A DNA stretch of 64,000 bases. Origin: Hormiphora californensis. Lineage: Eukaryota; Animalia; Ctenophora. The position numbers and the translations under genes are program-made. A model generated the notes under the pieces. The model ran no database searches, was not told the origin of the DNA, and saw only the letters and a program-made list of their open reading frames with translations. Below, piece after piece: positions 13,501 through 26,000 of this stretch. The stretch spans positions 2,790,001 through 2,854,000 of the forward strand of contig CM035361.1 of the NCBI GenBank assembly GCA_020137815.1. The letters are read 5' to 3'. How positions within the stretch are numbered: position 1 is the first letter of the stretch; each line of letters opens with the position of its first letter.

Positions 13501-16500
13501 TGCGAGGCTGCCAGAAACTACTTTTACTCTGGAGATAGGAGCACCGTGAACGAGGACAAGAAAGGAATTGTTAGGTACGTACCTAACGTACCGGTATATA
13601 TATAACGATTTGACCGATTTTCGACCTTTGATTTAATTTTGGTTTCGCAATAAGTCCTGCTATATTATACTCCGTTTTTATTCAACTGTTCCCCCCTAAA
13701 TTAGTGTGCGCATTTGTTTTGCATCACATGTTAACAAGTGGTGTGTGTGTCAATAATGACCAATTTCACAATTTCACGAGTTTGGGGAATTGTAGTTGAA
13801 AAAAAGGACTTTATGAGCTCACAAGTATAGGAAAACGCCCCAACTCAGATCAAAGTAATTTCATAACTTCTTTCTCTTTATGCAATGTCGTTCTGCCCTA
13901 CGGGATAGAGTTTGGCACGCTATAACCTATCTGCACCACCACCACTTCTTTCTCTTTAGTCTATCGTGGTGTGTGGCGGGTATGTATGGACTAAAGGAAT
14001 GTGCTCACGGAACCTTCAAGTACTCCCCACCCATATTCGGAGTGGATACGGACATTGCCATTTACGCTCCCAAGGATAAGGTTTGTGTTTTTCATCCGCC
14101 GGAGTCCGCAGATCTTGATAGTGATCAGGGGTTTGTTCATCCATCCCCTTGGTAATATAACTACCCTTCGGCACCTTAACGTAAATTTGGGTGACTTCGT
14201 AACCAAACCATCCCCCTACCATGTAGGTTGATTGCTCTCATTTTTATGGAGAGCAATATCTGTACATGGCGTGCTCTGGATCCTGTACCAATTCCCAATG
14301 TCCTCTGCAACATAACCTCCTCTCTGCTGACTCATGCCCGGGGCAGTATCAAGATCGTGTTTACACTGTCATGGGAAATGAACACCTAACATTTGCAACA
14401 CCTTCTCATCGTGATGGCGGCTGGAGCGCAAGGTATATAATATGACCATATATGGCGATAATACGGCAGGTGAGTAGAACTTCGCTCCTAATAAAAGGCT
14501 GCAGAAAAAGGCTGCAATAAAAGGCTGCAATAAAAGGCTGCAATAAAAGGCTGCAATAAAAGGCTGCAATAAAAGGCTGCAATAAAAGGCTGCAATAAAA
14601 GGCTGCAAGGGATCACGTATCCAACCAGACTAAAGCGGGGGATAGACCGAATCGTCCTACCCTAATAGTGTTTCGTATCACGTATCGGCTGTAGAGAGAC
14701 CGAATCACCATCCCCTAATTATAGTGATTCGTGTCACGTATCCAACTAGACCATATGCGATAGAGACCGAGATAGAGAGCGAGTACGAGTGAGAACTGAG
14801 AGAGTGAAAAATCAGAATCACGGTATGGTATCACGTACCATGGTATCCTCTAATGAAAAGCGGTTACCAATTGACAATGAGACCTCATCGGTCCCGATAC
14901 GTGATTCTCTACCGCTATGTATTCTCCATTAGTCTTTCCGTATCGATCCACGATTCAGTAGAGGTAGTCAGTAACTACTGAGAGTGTTGGTCTAATGAGG
15001 TAGCTACCTACCGGTACGATAGATCCATTGATTGAGCGTGTAGCACAATGACAGGTGAACCACCCAACCACTTGGTTCACCTATCATAGTATTATGTGTG
15101 ATTCCGCTCTACTGAATTGTGTACATAAAGACTATTGGCGAATAACGGTAGAAAATCAGTAATCACGTATTGGCACCGATTAGGTAAAATTATAGGTAAC
15201 CGCCTTTCATTTAATTAACCAACACTCTCAGTAGTTACTGACTACCTCTACTGAATCGTTGATCGATACGGAAAGACTAATGGAGAATACATAGCGGTAG
15301 AGAATCACGTATCGGGACCGATGAGGTCTCATTGTCAATTGGTAACCGCTTTTCATTAGAGGATACCATGGTACGTGATACCATACCGTGATTCTGATTT
15401 TTCACTCTCTCAGTTCTCACTCGTACTCGCTCTCTATCTCGGTCTCTATCGCATATGGTCTAGTTGGATACGTGACACGAATCACTATAATTAGGGGAGG
15501 GTGATTCGGTCTCTCTACAGCCGATACGTGATACGAAACACTATTAGGGTAGGACGATTCGGTCTATTCCCCGCGTTAGTCTGGTTAGATACGTGATCCC
15601 TTGCAGCCTTTTATTGCAGCCTTTTATTGCAGCCTTTTTCTGCAGCCTTTTATTGCAGCCTTTTATTGCAGCCTTTTATTGCAGCCTTTTATTGCAGCCT
15701 TTTTCTGCAGCCTTTTATTGCAGCCTTTTATTAGGAGCGAAGTTCTACTCACCTGCCGATAATACGACTATAAAATATGTCCATAGTATGGTTATGTGTT
15801 CAGTTCCACTATGTCATGAATATAATGTGGAAATATCGTCACACTTTTCCATTTAAATGCAGGTATTTTGTGTGCAGAAACACCAAATGTGTTCCCTGGA
15901 AAGAGGTCTGTAATTTGGTCGATAATTGTGGTGATGGAAGTGACGAAAGTGATGAGAACTGTTTGAACCATTTCAGGTGGGAGTTAGAGAGCCAAACTGT
16001 AAAGGAAAGTTTCTATCCTGAAATGAAACTCTCCGCAAGATTCCTTTCTGCTATGCTGAAATGAATACAATCTTCCAATTAAATACATTTATAATACGGG
16101 TTCTTTTCATTTTTCATGTATCTTGAATCGTCTTAGGTGTCGAAGTACCCGCCATCCCATACCTTTATCCGGTCTGTGCAATGGGAAAATTGAATGTTCC
16201 GACCTCAGTGATGAATGCAACGAAAGGTAGACGTCATTTTTGAAACTATTGAAATTCCTTAAAACCATTTTGTTTCTTCTGCAGGTGTTCACAGGAGATT
16301 GTCGAAGGAGCTGTGCTGAAAGCAGCAAGCTGGATCTTAGGAATCGTGGGAACATTCCTAAACACAATTGTTTTATTTCGCCAGGTAAATTATACTATGT
16401 TCTCCCCAAGAAACTTGAATAAACCCCAATACAAACATGCAAGATCATACCAACTACATTCAGGGAATGAAGTTCTACAAGAAAACCCCGCCGACTACGG

Positions 16501-19500
16501 CGGTCCTACTGGACAAACTCTTGATCATGGCCATTAGCGTGGGAGACCTGCTAACTGGTATCTATCTCCTCGCAATATCTGTTATTGACATCCTCCTGGG
16601 AACATCGTATTGTGAGAAAAGGCTCCACTGGCTTACTGGTAAGTGGTTAATTGGGTTGAACTTTATTTGATTAGCATCTCCATAAATTTAGGCATTCTTA
16701 GAATTCAATTTCAATATTATTTACATCTCTGTATTCTTAGAATCTCTCAAACTTAAAGTGAGAGTGAACCGAATCAGAATTGGACAAGTTTGTTGTAGGT
16801 AGTAGAGATTAGCTCTCTAAGTATAATGCGTTTTTGCCGCTCAAAATCGACCCACCCATCACTGAAATATTTTTGTTATGTTGGGAGAACTCCTGTTTAA
16901 TCAGTATGTAAAAAACAGAATAGAAACAATCGTCATGTTTTCCTAACACATTCTGAATATAAGCAGTAAGGTTGACATGTTCATGCACAGAAGCAGAACA
17001 ATGCAAGTTAGCATATTGAAAATTTAAAGAATGTGTTAGTAAAACACAAGGATTGTTTCTATCCTGTTTGATAAATATTGATCCAGCAGAAATTCTCCCA
17101 ACATAACAAAAATATCTCAGTGATGGGTGGGTCGATTTTGAGCGGCAAAAACGCAAAATGCTCAGAAAGCTAATCTCTACCACCTACACCAAACTTGTCC
17201 AATTCTGATCCGGTCCACTCTCACTTTAATCCATCGATATTAATTCCAGGTCGGGAGTGTGCGTTTCTTGGTGCCATCAGCACGTGCGGGGCACAACTCT
17301 CCCTTTTGGCAATGGTTACCCTAGCCCTAACGCGAGCCGTAAAGATAGTGCAGGGGTCGCTGATGAAGCCTGAACCGGCGAACAAGAAGGACTGTGCAAA
17401 GTTTGCTGTAGTCCTGGTGATGATTGGTGGAATTTCAGTTACCATAGCGACCACACCCCTCCTTCCCTTGCCAGGGTTTCAGGATTTCTTTGTTAATGGC
17501 CAGTTTTACAATCCGAATCTGAGACTCTTTGCTGGACTTGTAAACAAGTAAGTTTTAGTAGTTTTTTAACCTAAATAAATTAAAAATAACGGTGGTTTTT
17601 ACTTGGTATCGAAGACACCTTACACTTGCACACCGGCAAGGGAGGGGTAACTTCGTTACCAAGTCTCTACTTGGGTTGAGATGAAGGGTTGGAACTATAG
17701 AGAAAAGAGTGCTTCACAATAAAGCCTGCGATCGTGACCGTATTTTATAGTTTATGTTTCGCTGAGATGCCTTTTGTCTATTTAGCTAAAAGGACCTGCA
17801 AGAAACCCTGCTTTTTTTTTTTTTTAAAAACCATGGTATGATACCATACCGTGATTCTGATTTTTCACTCTCTCAGTTCTCACTCGTACTCGCTCTCTAT
17901 CTCGGTCTCTATCGCATATGGTCTAGTTGGATACGTGACACGAATCACTATAATTAGGGGAGGGTGATTCGGTCTCTCTACAGCCGATACGTGATACGAA
18001 ACACTATTAGGGTAGGACGATTCGGTCTATTCCCCGCGTTAGTCTGGTTAGATACGTGATCCCTTGCAGCCTTTTATTGCAGCCTTTTATTGCAGCCTTT
18101 TTCTGCAGCCTTTTATTGCAGCCTTTTATTGCAGCCTTTTATTGCAGCCTTTTATTGCAGCCTTTTTCTGCAGCCTTTTATTGCAGCCTTTTATTAGGAG
18201 CGAAGTTCTACTCACCTGCCGATAATACGACTATAAAATATGCCCATATTATGGTTATGTGTTCAGTTCCACATTGTCATGAATATAATGTGGAAATATC
18301 GTCACACTTGTCCATTTAAATGCAGGTATTTTGTGTGCAGAAACACCAAATGTGTCCCCTGGAAAGAGGTCTGTAACTTGGTCGATAATTGTGGTGATGG
18401 AAGTGACGAAAGTGATGAGAACTGTTTCAACCATTTCAGGTGGGAGTTAGAGAGCCAAACTGTAAAGGAAAGTTTCTATCCTGAAATGTAACTCTCAGCA
18501 AGATTCCTTTTTGCTATCTTGAAATCACTTGAATCTTATAATTATAATAAAATATATTTCTTGAAATGGGTTCTTTTCATTTTGGATCTTGAAAGTTGAA
18601 TCGTCTTAGGTGTCGAAGTACCCGCCATCCCATACCTTTATCCGGTCTGTGCAATGGGAAAATTGAATGTTCCGACCTCAGTGACGAATGCAACGAAAGG
18701 TAGACGTCATTTTTGAAACTATTGTAATTCCTTAAAACTATTTTGATTTTGTCTTCAGGTGTTCACAGGAGATTGTCGAAGGAGCTGTGCTGAAAGCAGC
18801 AAGCTGGATATTAGGAATCGTGGGCACCTTCCTAAACACAATTGTTTTATTTCGCCAGGTAAATTATACCATTTCAACCGGAGATGCACCCAAGAAACTA
18901 CATGTACAATAAACCACAAACACAAAACCCAACTACATTCAGGGAATGAAGTTCTACAAGAAAACCCCGCCGACTACGGCGGTCCTACTGGATAAACTCT
19001 TGATCATGGCCATTAGCGTGGGAGACCTGCTAACTGGTATCTATCTCCTCGCTATATCTGTAATTGACATCCTCCTGGGAACATCATACTGTGAGAAAAG
19101 GCTCCACTGGCTTACTGGTAAGTGGTCTATTGGGTTGAACTTTTGATTAGTATCTCCATATTTATATCTAACACGGCGTCATACACATTTTTATTTGGAA
19201 TTTCTATCTGGGATTTCTATTTGGAATTTCTATCTGGAAGAACCGCACGTGCAGATGCGACGCGCAGCGGCTCAAATTCACGTGCGAGATTAAAGAGAGA
19301 GACGCACATTAACGTTGTACGTTTGTCTCTCACTCTCTCTTGAAAACCCGCACGTGCAGATGCGCCGCGCCGCGGCTCAAATTCACGTGCGTGTTATACA
19401 GATTCTGACAGAAAATACGAGCACAAAATTCCATATAAAAATGTGTATGACGGACTGTAAGGCATTGTTAGAATCTCTCAAACATCAATATTAATTCCAG

Positions 19501-22500
19501 GTCGGGCGTGTGCGTTTCTTGGTGCCATCAGCACGTGCGGGGCACAACTCTCCCTTTTGGCAATGGTTACCCTAGCCCTAACGCGAGCCGTAAAGATAGT
19601 GCAGGGGTCGCTGATGAAGCCTGAACCGGCGAACAAGAAGGACTGTGCAAAGTTTGCTGTAGTCCTGGTGATGATTGGTGGAATTTCAGTTACCATAGCG
19701 ACCACACCCCTCCTTCCCTTGCCCGGGTTTCAGGATTTCTTTGTCAATGGGCAGTTTTACAATCCTAATCTGAGACTCTTTGCTGGACTTGTAAACAAGT
19801 AAGTTTTAGTAGTTTTTAACCTAAAAATTAATAAATTAAAAATAACGGTGGTTTTTACTTGGTATTGAAGACACTTCACACTCACGCGCCGGTAAGGGAG
19901 GGGTAACTTCGTTACCAAGTCTCTACTTGGGTTGAGATGAAGGGTTGGAACCATAGAGAAAAGAGTGCTTCAGAATATAGCCTGCGATCGTGACCGTATT
20001 TTATAGTTTATGTTTCGCTGAGATGTCTATTTAGCTAAAAGGACCTGCAACTGCATATATACCCTTTCTTTGTATTTTTAAATGGGGAAAGGGGGCTCAG
20101 CAGCATTGTGCATTTAGGAGAGTCTATACACTAGAGCTAGCTTGTGTGTCTCTTTATTTTAAAAAAGGGGAGCACTCAGCACTTCTTTTATAAAAACGGG
20201 GACAGCCGCATTTGATGAATTTATTCAATAGAAGCTTATGACCAGCGAACAGTCAATTGAATAATATCGTGTAGTGTTTACAGGTCAGGGGGTTTCGTTG
20301 TTTGTTGTATCATTTTCAAACTGTGTAGTTGTTTAGTACAATTGCAACTGCTTTTGTTACCACAACACCCACTCCAATCACAGGGAGACCCACTATCGGA
20401 CGCTAGAGAAGTATTACGGTCGCTCCAAACGGCAAGTTCTCTCCTGGACCATGATTTTAGATCTTGTCAACAATATGTTCTCTCATGACTACATCCCGGA
20501 AATACAATCACGACAAGTACGTTTAATATGCAGGAACCGACCGAAACAAGTAAACAACCAATCAGAACTCGTTATTTAGGTCACGTGACTGGTTATCAGC
20601 CAATCAGGGACCAGTATTTCCTGATTCGGTCGGTTCCTGCTAATATGATTCGTTGGTAAAATGAGTCAGATCGCATGGGATTGTGATCTCTTGAATGATT
20701 ACCTATACCGGAGATTCAGTCTTGCAAAGTATTAGGGAGCCACTGAAGTTGAGTTGTAAAATCATTGAGACTCTCTCTCTGCTTTTTGGTTTTTGGTTTT
20801 CCTAAAAGGGCATTCAATCACGTCCAATATATCCCATTACACTGGAAATTTAAAATCAAAATCACTATCTGGTTCAAGCTCTCCACGAACTAACAATTGT
20901 GGTTATTTCAGATTCACTTCTATGGAAATGCAGGGGTTTGTCTTTTCAAGTACTTTGTAACTCCGACGGACCCTCAGAGGACATTTGTATGGAGCATCCT
21001 GGCTATCAACACTTTCTGCTTCTTCGCAATTTGCATGTCATATGTTGCCATAGCAACCATAGAGAGACAGAGTTCCAGGGTGCTGGCAGGACAGGTTCAG
21101 GTAGGTGTACTGGTCGACCAGATAATCATAATGCTAACAAATAAATTGGTGACACAGTCACCCCAACACTAGCCGCGCCTCATCACCAAACGAATAAACT
21201 GGTCTAGTTAGTAATTTCTGATTATCTTACGATTCACTGTTTCACTAAATTATACTCAAATGTCGATGAGCTTAATTCTACGAGCCGGACCAAATGTCCA
21301 ACGCTTTAATTTAGATTAAGACGTTTTAGTTTAAAGTTTGTATACCTATTCCAATGCTATGATACTTATTTCTCTCAGAACAATCACAATATGGAAGTAA
21401 GAAGGATGCGGAGAGTTCGGAAGAAGAGACTCCATCGGAAGATATTCCTCATAATACTCTCTGATTTTATCTGTTGGGTCCCATTCACTATTCTCTGTGC
21501 ACTTCACTCTCTCCAATTGGTGGATGGAACACCTTGGTATGTTGTATATGTAAGATTCTGAGGGAAAATATTTTTATTCTCCTAGCTAGACTCTGTTTCA
21601 CGCGCCCCAACCGTGAAATGTAAATGAGGGTTAGAAGATTTAACAAATTTTTCTACCTGGGGGCGACTAAAACAATTATTTTCCCTAGGTATGGATTGTT
21701 TTCCGTGCTCATTCTACCCCTAAATTCGGTAATAAATCCGATAATCTACGATGTGAAAGTTGAAAAGACTCTGTTCTCCAAGAACTATGAGGTATTAAAA
21801 CCAGAAAAAGAGACTACCAGGATTTTTAGTTTTAGAGCTCACGCTGTACTAAAAACAGAACAGCAAGATTAACCTGTTGCATGTAACAGTAAATATGAAA
21901 GCTATGACATATATAGGAACCGGCGATTCTTCTCGATTTCTTCTCGATCCCGATCTTTAGTTATGACCTAAAGATCGGATCAAGATCGAGAAGAAATCGA
22001 GAAGAATCGCAGGTTCCTAATGACATGATATCTCTCAGGTGGTGAAAAGATGGTTTCAGAAAAAGCCAAGATCAGAGGATTAGGGATCGCGATTGAATGA
22101 TTGTGCAATATGCGTATTCCTCTAAAAGTTTCAACACTCACTCTTCAAGGATAATATGCGATATCACACAATGGAATCATAAACTACTAGTATATTGCTG
22201 TATCATCGGGAGATAGGATACGAAGGAACATGTTGTGGGTTACGGGAATGTAAATGGCTGTATTCTGTATTAAAATGGCTGTATTCTGTATTATAATGGC
22301 TGTTTGATTTTGCTAACTTTCTTTTAAATGTGTTTCTCTCTTTTGATTATATACGCTGGATCAGGACGGCTCAATTCGAATTTCGAAGTGAGTGGTGATT
22401 TACGGAAATCCGGAAATATAATATAAAATGAAAACGATGAAAATTTGTTTAAAAACATAAAAACCATAATTAGGTATTTGGTTCTAGGTTAAAAAACTGC

Positions 22501-22973
22501 CACGATATTGTTTATTGGCACAGCCCGAGCTGTGTGATGAATGAATGGCACGAGGTGTATAGGGATTTAATAAGGCCTAGTCAGTCAATACGGCGGGTCA
22601 TATATGGTCTATCGTCCTCAAAGGGTTAACTCGTTAGCTGCATTAACATCGGAGTTAAGCCTATAACAGCACGATTCAGGAGGCATCACTAATAACAACG
22701 TCAACCATCCAAACTCCTATTATAATCTCTCTCATGCCCAATGAATATGTCTCTCCCATCGACATAATATAATACTTTTATTCGAGGGGTGCAGTACGAC
22801 GGGAGAACGCTTACTAAGCCGACATTGACCAATGTGACCCTGCACGGTATCTCTCTTTAGTTAAAATAACAAACTCTCTATCTCACGGAGAAAGGTAGTT
22901 CGAGGGAGGCATAGACGACTCCCTATCCTGTCAGAGCATTGGCCCCACCGAAGACAAACAGTGAGAGAGAGAG

Positions 22974-23014
<41 letters not shown>

Positions 23015-26000
23015 GAGAGAAATATTACAGGTAGCCATGGCAGATAGGCAGAGCACGTGTGGTGCGATGGTCGATAATATTCATTTGCCATCCGCTCTCT
23101 CCATATAATGATGGCACAGTATAAAAGGTATGGTAAATCATTAAATTAATCCAGTACAACCAATTATACGTGTTGGGCTTTCTGTTTGTAGTAACGATTG
23201 CTGTAGCCTCGGTCTATTCTATTCTACTAATGCCATTTTGCAAAGCATTTGCCCAGAAAATATATAAGTACACCTAATCGAACTTTATGTTAATACTACT
23301 ACGGTGGAGAAATGGTGTCCAAATACCGTGCGCAGACGCACACACGGCGGGTACTAAAGCACACTTTTCCAGCTAGATCAGGGTTTATTACGTACATGCT
23401 ACGTAAATTGTGCTTCTGTGCACGGTGTTTGGACACCGTTTTTCCACTACAAGTGTCAAGTACGAAACTGAATGTAGTACTTTTATAACGGACAAAAGTT
23501 TTATTTAGTTTCTGATAGCGATGTTGCGAGTTGTTTCTATTGCTCTACTGGCGATTATGGGGCTGGTCAGCGGTGATATGATGCTCGTCAATGATAATGA
23601 TGGATCAGTTCTGAGAACTTGCTCTGGAACTACCGGTCAGTGACACACGTAGCGGCATTATATTGAGTCTCGAACTTCAAGAAGCTCGACAATATTATTG
23701 GAGACATGTTGTATTTTTCAGTGAAGGGAGCCACAAGCTGGGGTAATTCCGGTAACACTGGAACGCAAATGTATGTAGATATCGACATGACCGATTGTGG
23801 ATTTTTCCGAACCCCTAACATAGTTACCACTGTCAATGGAAACAGTGATCACCAACTGGCGGAAGGTAAAATATAGTCGGACTCCGATTTACCAGGAACC
23901 CCGATTTACCAAGCAAGCCCCTTTTCTCCGAGAATCCTGGTAAACCGGGGTCCGACTGTTGTAGAAAGATATTGTCTAGCGCTAATATCATGGCTGAAAG
24001 CGTTCAATAATTTTAACTCAATATCCCCCCGTCTAGGAGGATCTGCAACCTACTCCGTCACCAACACCTCTCTCTCCCTAGTTAAAGTAACAAACTCTCC
24101 CCCGTCTAGGAGGATCTGCAACCTACTCCATCACCAATACCTCCTTCCGAATCTACGTGGATACCGCAGAATCAACAGCAACTAGGGCCGAAGCGAAGAA
24201 TGACTGGAGCATTTCTTGGGTAGCAGTGGGGTATGCCAACATATAAACTCCGTGGATTCCAACTGTATTCGGATATTGAGGAATGTTTTTTTGTTGAGAC
24301 TTGAGAGCGTATGTTGATATCTTTTAGAACTATAATATTTTTCTTGCATGTTCTAGTTATAAAGCTATAAAAGGCTCAAATTTGAGATTGACCTAAACAA
24401 GTTTCTCAATTGTCTTCTTCCATCTTATTCGGGGCAGATCTTAAGTGCCGGCTGGCACCTGGTCATGTTATTATGACAGAAGCGTGTGCTGTTTTATAAT
24501 CAAGATGTGCATGCACTTACCGCGGGAAACTAACACGTTTAACTTTATCTACACGGTTTTAAAATTGACATCAAGGTTTGTAAACATTAGGAACCGACCG
24601 AAACAAGTAAACAACTAATCAGAACTCGTTATTTAGGTCACGTTACTGGTTATCAGCCAATCAGGGACCAGTATTTCCTGATTCGGTCGGTTCCTAGTAA
24701 ACAGATTTCTACGTACCAGCCCCCGAGAGGTTGACAGTGCTGGTTCCATTGGGTAGGATAAGGAGCGGAGTATTGTTGACCGGACCCCCGGCACCTTTGA
24801 ACCATTGTGAGGAAGCCAGGTAGTACGTTTTACCTGGGGAAGAGAGCGTTATCTTGTTACCATGGTTACAGGAATGTTTTCTTGTTTAATGTAATTGTAA
24901 CCGTTGTAACAGGGATGTTTCCAAACAAAAATACATTAAAATTAGTTTAATGTTGCTCTCCATTTTCACTTACCGAGAATTAGTTTAATATTGCTCTCCA
25001 TTTCCACTTACCGAGAATTAGTTTAATGTTGCTCTCCATTTTCACTTACCGAGAATTAGTTTAATATTGCTCTCCATTTCCACTTACCGAGAATTAGTTT
25101 CAAACTTTTTAACACTACTTTAAACAAATTAATTTGAGTTTGCCGTCAATCGTTCCGATAACTGTGTTAGCATCTATTCTCTAATCTTTTAGATCTCTGT
25201 TAGGCCTACTTTAACTTAACTTACGAGTGATATCAGTGAAGAGTTTGCTGTTGGCCGGCGTGCAACGGGTGTTTTAGGATGACCGTTACGAGTAAATATG
25301 ACAGTTGTATCACTAGGAGTGATTTTGAAGATGTGTTATCAGGAGAAGTATTTAATAATGATTATAAGGGTAGTGATTTATTAGTGTGCCTTGAGAGGGG
25401 TGACGCTGCTTGTCCGTCGTCTGTCCATAAGCCTCAGCTGTGGGATCTTCTCAGAGCCTGCTACAAAATGCTTCCGGCGTCGGCACAGTTTTCTGTTCCT
25501 GGAGACCATTCTGATCTGAGAGAATCGTTTGCAAAACTTCACAAAGATCTGATTTCGACTATATCTGCACTAGTCAAACCTGTGGAGAATGGGAGAAGTG
25601 ATGTTGGTGGTGGTGATCCAGAGGAACCGGTTACACCTACGATGAAACACTATGTGAATATTACAACTGGCAACAATGAGGAAGGAGAACCAGGATTCTG
25701 TGCTAAGAAGTGGACTGATGAGGTCAAACCTAAAGTGGAAACTGCTTTGAAGACGATACCGGTGGTGAGATCCAGAGTGAACAGTGACCATACCCGGCTG
25801 TATTTCCCTAATGAGGACCAGATGAAGGAAGCGGAAAAAGTTTTGACTCCTCTTGCTCAGGACTGCTCCATGTCATTCTTCTCGGAGGAGGCCAAGAAGC
25901 TTGAACCAAAGGTGACAATAAATGATTTGGACCCAGAGCTACTGAAAAAGGAGACTATCCTGGCAGCGATTTTGGACAAAAATGAGAACATCAGGAAGCT

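Larger units (their letters stand above)
15362..20050 (+). repeat. Tandem segmental duplication (~15362-17800 and ~17829-20050) covering two LDLa exons and TM1-TM4 exons of the GPCR
   Basis: Five exons occur twice with near-identical sequence; copy 2 begins inside the right arm of the 14465-15757 element; each copy has a private MITE. Confidence 0.9.
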
